Assembly: GCA_036785375.1 (NCBI GenBank)
Contig: JAWMAR010000002.1
Location: forward strand, 24,428,001-24,492,000
DNA: 64,000 nt
Origin: Leucoraja ocellata
Lineage: Eukaryota
Reading direction: 5' to 3'
The notes beneath the pieces are model-generated. The model saw only the letters and a list, made by a program, of their open reading frames with translations, ran no database searches and was not told the origin of the DNA. Shown piece after piece: positions 11,601 through 21,387 of this stretch. Position 1 is the first letter of the stretch. Each line of letters opens with the position of its first letter. The translations under genes were made by a program, and so were the position numbers.

Positions 11601-13429
11601 TAAAACTGCACCAGAATGGCTAGTGGCAAGTTGTTTTTACAGAATTTCCAGGGAAAATTGACATTCAGGGTATGTACAGTATGCTGAAAGCATTGCATTT
11701 CTAATCATAAACTTGACACTTCTGTGTTATTACAGCATCACTGTCAGAGATTGGTGTCAAATGAGATAGACTCCTTTTTTCCTCTGAGATGGGCCGAGAA
11801 TTGAAATTTCAGATATTGAGGAATTTGAGGGATATGCAGAGCAAGTAGAAGGATACAAATAATCCTGTCATGCTTTTACTTCTTAAACTATTTTTACTTA
11901 CATTATTTTCCCATCCCTAACCAGGTGATTTTCATGAACTATTTAAATAGATTTGGTGAAGTACTATCATTGTGTGAGGGTTTGGAGCTGCAGAATGTAG
12001 ACCCAAATCTATAGACCCAAATCTGTTCATGAGCACCTACTGCAGTGTGGGTGGCAAATTTAGTGGGCTGGTCCATTATGATCAGATTTGTTCCAATGAG
12101 TTGGAAAATAATTTATATTACCGTTTGCTATATACAAATTATGTGAAGAACTACTTACTTAGTGATACTGGCTGCAATGTATCTGTTGTCAGCACATTCT
12201 GAATAGTAGACACTAAAGCATGTGCATTTATTGCAGGCATATGGCTGGTAGTTTTGATTTCCGTACAGTTTTTTTATACAGTAATATTGCAGATGACATT
12301 TATAGCTAGTTGCTAATAGTCAGTTTGTTTCAACTTAAAATAGACCGTCTATTCGCAGTCATTAATTTCCTCTGCTTACAAAATCTATAACTATCTGAAT
12401 TTATTTCTTGCATAGAACTGTATGCTGTGATAAATACAGAGAATTAATGACTTCTAATGTTCTCAAAACAGTAGAATATCAACAACTGGAAGCAAAGTTT
12501 AAATTATAACTTCTTATTCCTTACCCAGTAGGAAATCTGGTAACCATTTTGTGCGTTAATTGAACATTAAAGCCATTTTGCCCGTGTTTGAAATCATTTC
12601 CAAATGGATTAGCAACATTGATTAATTAGCCTAGGCATCTCCACGTCTAGTTCACCTCAGTTTGGTTAATATTTGCTCAGTGTGAATCATAGAGTTAATG
12701 ACATCATAGGTCAGACGTGCACATGCCCACCACTATCGATAGAAATTGGAGCTTCTGGGTATACCAGTGACCTTTGTCATTAACTCAGAAAAAATGGAGT
12801 ACATCAGACAGGGTTTGGAATTGAGACAGCAATTAAAAGGCCTGTATTGTCACATCAATTTCCTGCACAGCATCCCCCAGCTGTGTGGCCAACATGAATT
12901 ATTCACTGGAACTTCCTTCAATGATTGAAGCTTTTATTGTACAGTCACTTGAGACCTGCTTGCAGAGATCAGTTGATCAGTCCACAGCTCACAGTGTGCT
13001 TTGCTGCAATGGATTCGATCGGACCAGTTCATCCTGTGAGAGTGGTTATGGCCTCAGACTCACAGAAGAGTGGTGTGTCCTCCCTCGCCTTCATGGCAGT
13101 CCATCTTCTAGTGTGCGGTGGAGAGAGTTCTTTAAGCACTGACCTCCCTATGCTCAGTGAGGCAAGGATAAAGCGGCTGCAAGCTTTGATTATAGTCCCA
13201 TTCCTATCCATGAATCTGAGTGATAAATGTAGTGTTGTTACTTCCCACACGTTTGTCCAATTTTGCAAATGCTTTTGAGAGATCGAGGTGGGTGTTAATA
13301 CTGTATATATACATGTTTAGCATACCAAGAAAGAGAGCTACAACTTCTGGCCCTCTATTTTAATTTCCAACTAGTCCACTGAAAAATAAAAACTGAGAGC
13401 GAAATGTTAAAGATGGGATAAAGGACTGT

Positions 13430-14700
13430 GATCTGCCATCGTAAAAACAGAACATATTGAAATTACACAGCAGGTCAGGCAGCACCGGACAAGAAAGAAA
13501 CAGTTAATGATTCAAGCCGAAGACAGAGAGCATTTCTGAAAGTGTGAGCTCAGGTCTTGTCACAGGGATAATTTGCTGAGGTATCATGTCAAAGATCTGA
13601 TGAAAGTAATGAAATGAGGACAGTTAGAGATTGAGGATACAACCAAAGGAATGCTGACCGCTGTGAAATGCAGGGCTCAAGGACCTGCTGTGGGACATGC
13701 CTAGCAAGCCAGAATGCACTAATGTTGAGAGGAAACACTGAGCGAATACCACAGATGGGCGACTTACAGTAGAAATGGCCAATTCTGATAAAGACAAAGT
13801 AAGTGAGCTTCCTTATGTTATGGAATTCGATGTTGAGTTCGGAAGGCTGCTACATGCCCCGACAGCAGTTGAGATGTTGTATCTTGTTGTAATATTACAG
13901 GTGGCCACAGACTGAGAGATCAGAGTGGGGGTGGATGTAGACCCAAATCTACAGAAGGACAAATAAAACATTTCCAGATCAAGAGAGTGCCTGACCTGGA
14001 AGGTATAAAGTGGCAGCCAACAGGGAATTCTGAGCACCCTCTCTGCGGACTGAATAGAGGTGTTCTGCTGAATATTTTTCCAATGTAAAGCAGGCCACGT
14101 TGTGAACACTGAATGGATTCAATTAATTGGAAGAATTCTGAATGAATTGTTTGGGTCATTTGATAGTGGGAAGGGAAGAGGTAAAAGGTCAGATGTTGAA
14201 TTTCCTCTGGTTACTTGGGAAGTTTCAATAAGAAAAGAAGTGCTTGATGGCGAAGGAAATGTGGCCCAGGGAATGCAGAGCAATGGTTCCTTGAGAATGC
14301 TGAAAGGTGAGGTGTTCAGACGATGTGTTTGGTGGTGGAATCTTGCTAAAGGTGGCAGAAATTGCAAAGAATGATCTATTAAAAGTAAAGCATGGTGGTG
14401 GAGATGAAGATCAATTAAGCGCAATCCTTGCTGTGGAGACATAAGAGACTCACAGATGCTGGAATCAGGAGCAAAAACAAACTGCTGGAGGAAATCAGCA
14501 GGACCCAATAGCAAAGTTCCTTCCACCATTGATGCTGCCCGACCCCCTGAGTTCCCCCAGCCTACTTTCCCTCAATGATGCGACTCGACATGCGGAGTTG
14601 CTCCAGCAGTTTATGCAATGCTTGCCCTGTCCAGGAGAACACGGGGTGAGAGCAGAGGTGAGAGAAATGGACGAGAAGTGGTCAAGGGCTTTGTCACCTA
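13430..14700. mobile_element. Old Penelope-like element fragments
   Basis: Terminal-repeat-like pieces (cagcaggtcaggcagca; cagatgctggaatc...actgctggaggaaatcagc; gatgctgcccgacccc) flank degenerate internal sequence; boundaries approximate. Confidence 0.45.
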
Positions 14701-16564
14701 TAAACAGAGATGAAGCTATGGTTCAGGAAGTCTGCTGTGTGTTTTGGGGTCTTCATTGACACCTTAGCTTGCTCCTGTGAGATCTCTAGCTCTATTTCCT
14801 TATCCATCTAGAACCAGCGCAATGCCAATCCTTTAGATTCATTTTGTTAATCCAATAGGATCCTGTCATGCATAATAATAAGCCTCTCGCCCCACTAACA
14901 TTGTTTGCAAATAATCAACTACTGAACTCCAATATCAATACATTTTAGAATAATTAATAATTAATACACCATGATTCATTTTTATTGTACCATCAATTAT
15001 CAAAAAGCTATTTTTAGAACATGTATTTTAGTTTCCAATGTCTGGCGTTTAATACAATCTGTGTGGGAATTTTTACAGAATTAACCACCGTTTGTTCCTA
15101 CAGTATATTCTTGAATTTTGTTGTTAACATTTCTCGGAGGAAGACAGATTCCGATCTGTGCCATCAGCAAACGAGTGTACGTGACTCTCCCAGATTCTAA
15201 GTAATTTATGAGTGGGATTTCCAAATCACTTTCTGCCAATTAGAGAAACATTTTTTTATTACCACTCTTTATCCTACCTCTCAGCCAGTTTCCTAACCAG
15301 TTTACACCAAGGTGGCTAACAAAGTAGATTGACTCAATTGTAGATCCTCTGCAGATACCAAGCTGAATATAAACTGAACTACTTGTTAAAACATAGATGT
15401 TGCAATTTTGTGTCAGTGGAGAAAACATTTATTCATCAGGACATGAGTGAGTAGATTGGGCAGATATATTTTTATAGCTGCTCTGAAGTGTTACATTATC
15501 AGAAGTCATTTCTTTTGCATGAGAAGCAAGCTTGCTCCAGTAACTACGATGGATACATTGCCTTTTTGTGTTGGACAGTAGCAATTTGTTCTCCCAGCAT
15601 TTTGAGCAACCAGCATTCCAAAGCAGATTAAATACATATTCATCTCATTTGTTTGACTGCGATATGTGGAAATTGGTTACTATGTTTGCCCAGGAATAAA
15701 GATAATTTTTTCAGGAAAGTAGTTGCTATAAGTGATAAATGAGTCACACCTGTGTAACAGTCACTTCTCCCTTTTGAGGACTTCAACTTTCAGAAATATG
15801 TATTTGGAAAATTCCCATCGTATTTTTACAACTTGTTCTGTGCCAACATGATTAACATTGTAAAATATAGAAAAACATGCTGAAAAATCACAACTCTCTA
15901 AACTTTGTTGCAGCCTGAGTAGTGGTGGCATGTATTTAGGCCTTCAATATTAGAGTAGTGGGAGAGGTATGTTCCTGGAAATTAAACATAGAAATTTGCA
16001 GGGAATGAGCTGTCAGGAGGCAAATAATATGTAAACAATGTCGCCACAACTTTTGGTGCTGACAAAGTTACAAATGTTCACCGGACATTCTTATCTACTG
16101 CCTGCCGCTGCACGTGTAAGCAGGCTTCACCCTCCCCCCACCCCTGCTGGATCCCCCTTGGTACTCGACGCCCCCCCCCCCCCCCCCCCCCTCACTGTTC
16201 TCGCTCTCCGACGGCTTATCTCGGTCTGGACAGCCCTCCCCACTCTCCCATGGCCCTCCTCTCTCTCCATGGCCCTCTTCGCTCTCCGAGGGCCTTCCTC
16301 ACTCTCGAATGGCCTACCTAGCTCTTGATGGCCTACCTCTCCCTCCAACGGTCTTCTTGCTCTAGGCACTTGCTTGCAGGTCTCTCCTCGAACTCGTGGT
16401 GTGGGTCTCGATGCTGGTGACCTGGGGCCGACTTTGGAGTCGGCAGCAGGTGAGCGAGGCTTACTGGGAGGGTGTACCGGCGCCAGCGTGTGATCCACGG
16501 CCTGCTGGAGGGCTCGGCCCCACATACTAGGAACACTCCCGGCGTGCTGCTTATTAGCTGTATG

Positions 16565-17985
16565 AACTTGGATTGTTTTCTCTGGGGCGTTAGAGGTTGA
16601 GGGGAGATGTGGTAAAAGTATATAAAATTCTGAGATAGATAGGGTAGACAGTCGGGTGGAAATGTTGAAGACTAGAGGTAGCAATGTTACAAAATTTTGA
16701 GATTTAAAAAATCAAGTCTGCAATTTATCCCATCAGATAAAGCATAACAACAAGTTTAATTTGACACCTAATTCACTTTCATATCTCAAGTAATAAAAAA
16801 GTTATGGCCATTTTCATACTCGGAAATTAGCATCTTGTTCCCTATTGATTTTCTATGGACATAACAAAAAAGCTGTGATCGTGGACAGTCAAAAGCCCAT
16901 AACCTTCTTAAAAATTAAGAGAACTGAATGAAATTTTCAGTTATCATAGATTGAAGCATTATGAAACAAATATAAAATAATCTTACTTGGATGACCTGAA
17001 ATTAAAGCATATAATTAGTTAGTTACCCAATTGTAGCTAATTTCAAACTTCAATTACTGAATCTAAACATCTATCCATTTCTTAATAAATGATTAACATT
17101 TTTAAATAGCCCAAGTGTCCAAATAATATTCACAAATAATTCACAATGAAACATGATTTTTAAATCTCATTTACATCAATTTATAGGCCAAATGGAAGGA
17201 ATTTAGTGTTCATTTGCTGTAAATTAAAGTCAATCTAGTGGGTTCCTGTGAACGCGCTGGTTTAGAACGTTCACATTGCGCTGGATTTGTGCCCTCAAGT
17301 GCCCAGAAAAATACTGCGGGATATAAAGAGCCCAAAATGAACTACTCGCTATAGAAAACTTTATATACAGGGTTCTTAAGAAGCCCCATTTAATATAAAA
17401 ATAAGGTACATACCTTTAATTGTTTGCTTTATAAAACCCTGGGGCTGCGAGAGGTTGCGGAGTGAGAGAGTGATTTTTAAACTACTATAAATATTATACA
17501 AGGCCATAAAAACTAATAATACCTTTTACGACGGGGTCTTTCAGCGATTTTCCGTTAATGATTTACTAGGCTGAACATTTTCGATTGGAACAGCCTAGTA
17601 AAAATCGCGTTTTAAACCCGCCCCCTCTAAACAGCGCCAAAATCGCACACACGGGGTAGGGCAGATGCTCAGCCACGATTCAGGTAGGTAACATACCTAC
17701 TAGAGGATGCAGCTTTACGGTCAGAGGGGACAAGTTTAAAGGAGAGGTCTCGGCAAATCTATACACAGAGAGTGGTGGGTGCCTTGAACACATTGCCAGC
17801 AGTGGTGGTGGAAGCAGATATGACAGTGGTGTTTAAAAGGCTTTTAGATAGGTACATAAATATTTAAAAAATGGCAGAATATGGATCACATGCAGGGAGA
17901 GGAGATTAGTTTAACTTAGCATTATGTCTGAATGGACATTGTGGGCTGAAGTACTTTTCCTGAGTTGTGTTGTTCTATTTTCTAT
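16565..17985 (+). mobile_element. Older CR1 3' fragment interrupted by a DNA transposon
   Basis: CR1 3' sequence runs to aagactagagg (16678), resumes at ctagagg (17700) and ends in a tgtgttgttctattttctat tail. Confidence 0.8.
16679..17699. mobile_element. Non-autonomous TIR DNA transposon, hAT-like
   Basis: Start TAGCAATGTTAC versus reverse complement of the end TAGGTATGTTAC (10/12). Flanking duplication CTAGAGG at 16672-16678 and 17700-17706. No ORF. Confidence 0.75.
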
Positions 17986-18340
17986 ATCCAAACATCCAGT
18001 ATATTGAGGCATGTTATCTCAAGGTTGTGCTGTATGTGGTTATCAATGTGTTGGGCCCAGGACAGGTCATTAGAGATGTGTATGCTCAGGAACATGAAGC
18101 TACTGACTCTGTTCACTGCTGTCCCGCCAATGAAGATGGGTGCATTGTCCTTCAGCTTTCCCTTCCTGAAGTCAACAATCAGCTTCTTAGTCTTGGTAAT
18201 GTTGAGAGCAAGATTGTTATTCTGGTACCACTCAATCAGATAATTCATCTCCCTCCTGTACTCTGACTCATTGTTATACGTTATTCATCCAACACTGTCA
18301 TGGATTGAAGGTGTGTAGAGCAAGGGACTGAGTACAATGC
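17985..18340 (-). mobile_element. Rex1/Babar-type LINE RT fragment
   Basis: ORF 17982..18248, WYQNNNLALNITKTKKLIVDFRK...IHISNDLSWAQHI, is typical of the Rex1-clade RT C-terminus. Confidence 0.85.
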
Positions 18341-18392
18341 TCTGGTGGCCTATAAGACCCTAAGACATAGGAGTAGAATTATGTATTTGGCA

Positions 18393-19383
18393 CGGTACCC
18401 AGACGTGGCACCGACGGACGAGAAGCCGAAGCAAAGAAGTCGAAGACAAAGAACCGAATGGAAACAAGGCAGAAATGCCAAAAAAACGAAAGAGTACGAA
18501 GACGAAACGCCAACTAACCGAAAGGATGGGACTCCTAAAAGCCAACTAACTGAAAAGCTGCGTCATCTAAAAGCAAACTCACCGAATGGCTGCTCTGTCG
18601 AAACACCACCTACCCGAAAGGCGGCGTCACCTACAAGCCAACGAACCGACTGCCGCTCAACAGAAAAGTCCAAGAATGGACATGACGTTGCCGGGGGGTG
18701 GGAATTTTCAGCGATTGGTCCAGACCCCTGCGTCTATCACATCATTGTGGAGGGATGAACATTGTCCCACACCTCCGCTCCACCCAACCCGCAGCCCGCG
18801 GAGGGTGACCGTGGGAGAGTGGGGGCTGTCCCGAGGGATGCACACGTTTGGCCGCTTACAACTTGGTGCTTGGGCTCAGATTGCCCAGTCACCTGTGGAA
18901 AAATGACTCCCACGCTCCCGTCTCCCCCTTCTCTCCCCCTCTCTCTCTCCCTTCTCTCTCTCTCCCCTTTCTATTTCCCCTCTCTCCCCTCTTTCTCTTC
19001 TCTCTCTCTCCTCCTCTCTCCCCTCCCCTCTCCCCTCCCCTCTCTCCTCCTCTCTCCCCCTCCTCTCTCTCCCCCTCTCTCTCTTATCTCCCTCCCTTAT
19101 CTCTCTCCCTTTCTTTCTTTCTCTCCCATCTTCTCTCGCTCCCCCTTCTCTCTCTCCCCCTCCTCACTCTCTGCCTCTCTCTCCCCCACTTATGCAGAGC
19201 GGCTATGGAAGTTTAGAAAACTGGCAGCGGTCCATGTGAAAATACAGCACCTACCAACAATGAAGGCACAAAGCCCTTCCCACGGGATGGGGTTTTAACT
19301 CGGCATTAAAAATCAAAGCAGAGCTACATTGATTTAAAAACAAAAATATTACATGTATAAATCGTTCTTACATTCGGGAACCT
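18393..19383. mobile_element. Probable DNA-transposon derivative with CGAA-type subterminal repeats
   Basis: Abruptly CpG-rich block with many CCGAA/ACGAA units at 18405-18620. No convincing TSD found. Confidence 0.35.
18918..19190 (+). repeat. Long (C/T) polypyrimidine low-complexity tract
   Basis: About 270 nt almost entirely C and T. Confidence 0.95.
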
Positions 19384-19412
19384 GGTTAATTAACTGGTGG
19401 CATTATTTCCCT

Positions 19413-19721
19413 ACTTCCCGTTGGATTGCAACCTTGTCGTGGTCGGGGAGCTTGTGTGTCTCAGTGACCACTAGAGCTATGCCAGCGGGAGATTTGTCTC
19501 CTGTTAGGGTCTCCCGTGCTGGACAGGTCGAAGGGTAGAGGCAAGACGAAGAGTGATCCACTGGTTCTCCAGATTGGAGGTTGAGCACCGGGCTAATAAC
19601 CCTGTCTCGTAAAACAAATATGTTACAGAAACAGCGACTGAAGGAATCTACATTACTGAGTGGAGGACCTTTGTTGCTGCCCTACAAGCCAGGAGGCATA
19701 ATAGGCATGAAGACAAAGAAG
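19413..19721 (+). mobile_element. RTE-derived bipartite non-autonomous element (RTE 5' UTR fused to RTE 3' end)
   Basis: 5' ccttgtcgtggt...gagctatgcc...gggtctccc...gctaataaccc...cgtaaaa resembles RTE 5' UTRs; 3' gttgctgccctac...aggcatgaaga-type tail. Perfect 11-bp TSD ATTATTTCCCT at 19402-19412 and 19722-19732. Confidence 0.8.
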
Positions 19722-19859
19722 ATTATTTCCCTGTCCTAACTGCCTTTGCTTTAGCCGGTGGTCCATCCACTCCATCCCTCCCTTGCAAAGATGTGAGATT
19801 TCAATATGAGCGCACTTGGTTGAATAGATGCAAGCGGAATGTAAAGCATCTCTGAGTTT

Positions 19860-20082
19860 CCTATTAAATTGTGAGTTTATGGAACAAATCACCAGAAGAA
19901 GTAGTGGAGGCAGGTACAATAACAACATTTAAAAGATGATTTGACAAGTACATGGAGAGGAAAGATTCAGAGGGATGTGATCTAAACATGGACAAATGGA
20001 ACCAGTTTAGAAGGGCTATGTTGATCGGCATAGATGACTTTGGGTGAAGGGCCCATTTCTGTGCTATGACTTTATGACTCTA
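19860..20082 (+). mobile_element. Old CR1 3' end
   Basis: gtggaggcaggtacaataacaacatttaaaaga...gaagggccc...ctatgactttatgactcta tail. Confidence 0.7.
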
Positions 20083-20178
20083 TTACTTTGTTCCTGATCA
20101 CTCTGTGCTGTGATGTGATGATTTTTTAATTGTTGATTTTGGTGTCCTCAGCAAGTTGCTGTTTGTATTCTCTTTCAG

Positions 20179-20287
20179 TAGACCTTTCGGGGGTCAAGGA
20201 AAAAGCGTTCACGTTGCGGCGCTGTTTCCACCAATCTTTCCACCACCACGCACAAGAAGCACAAGAAGCGACAAGACAGACACCATT
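20179..20287 (+). other. Candidate internal host exon (unidentified gene)
   Basis: Strong polypyrimidine acceptor gtttgtattctctttCAG|TAG and possible donor ATT|GTATGC. Unique CpG-retaining sequence, open in all three + frames downstream of 20182. The protein was not recognised. Confidence 0.3.
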
Positions 20288-21102
20288 GTATGCAGTTGCC
20301 GAGAAGTGTGTTCAGCTCTGGCTGAACAACTTCTAATCTTGTGTGTGGACTCGATAAGAAGAAGAAATAGACATTTTGATGTTTGTCTCAATTTTGATCA
20401 AATGCAACTTTTAATAAGCTTCTAACAAGCTAACCCAGTGCTACCATGAAATCTCTGTAAATAAACAATGCCTAGAAATTGGACCTCTTTACATATTAGC
20501 ATTAAATACAACATGCATTCAGATTGTACTAGTAAACATTTCTGCATGGGTTAGATATCATTGGGAATTTGGCCTGGGCACTTCTCTTCATCTGAGTCCA
20601 TCTTGAGATTCCCAGCAGCAGCATGGTAGCCGCTTCCATGTCCTCTGATAGAAACAGCCTGTTAATGGTGCAAAACTACATACATGTATAACAAGGGCAA
20701 AACCCACATCACGTCAGCAAAGAGTCTGCATAGGGATTTTACTATTTTGCTCACAGCCTTTACTAAACATTTTGCTTCTGTGCTTTGCTTTTGGCCACAA
20801 GCATCATTGACAATTCCAGCATCTCTTTCTTATGCGTTTCAGTACAAGATTTTATGATCACTAATCCCTTGATAAACCTTTCAGCCACTGTGGTTTGGAG
20901 CCACTCACAGTGCAGGGGCACCATGGGCCAGAACATCTGGAAATGCTCAGATGGGCAAGTTGCACTGTGCCACCTTCTCCCCACCAACCATCCCCCACTC
21001 CATTCTATGTTTTCCCCTCACTTCCAGGGCAGCCTTTTACAATATGGACACTGTGGAGAGTGTTCCCAGCACTCAAATTTGTGAGTGTTGGGAACATTCA
21101 GG

Positions 21103-21387
21103 TTGGGGGGGGGGAGTTCACCACGGGTACCATGTAATCCCGTGCTATCTGCTCCATGGTCGGATGGTCGGCGACTAAACCGTCTCCCCCACCTGGTTTG
21201 CCAGGTGAGGTGGGGGCTGTGGACCTCCAGCAGGACCAAAAACAAGACCTGTCAAATGGCGGATGAGCTCCTCGCGAGCCAACGACCATCCACATTTCAG
21301 TAGAAGTTGCGATCACTGTTGTACATAGCATTGTAAGGCACCGTGCCCGTTGATGTTTTTAACGATGATGATAATGATGATGATGAG
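21103..21387 (+). mobile_element. Short RTE/RTEX-like non-autonomous retroelement with structured 5' region and (GAT)n tail
   Basis: GC-rich self-complementary body followed by (GAT)n at ~21364-21387; no TSD identified. Confidence 0.55.

Noticed and set aside
12900-13290. ORF 13029..13268 with a faint hAT-like 'LSLRFMD' peptide
   Set aside because: A single short motif with no other transposase residues or TIRs is insufficient.
16127-16684. 185-aa minus-strand ORF
   Set aside because: It spans a CR1 fragment and a GC-rich low-complexity block, so it is a compositional ORF with no domain.
18762-19298. Leu/Ser/Pro-rich ORFs
   Set aside because: They are translations of the C/T low-complexity tract.
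19413-19620. Canonical HDV-like ribozyme call
   Set aside because: GCTAA and hairpins are present, but I could not assign P1-P2-P3-P1.1-P4 in the required order. Kept only as an unclassified structure.
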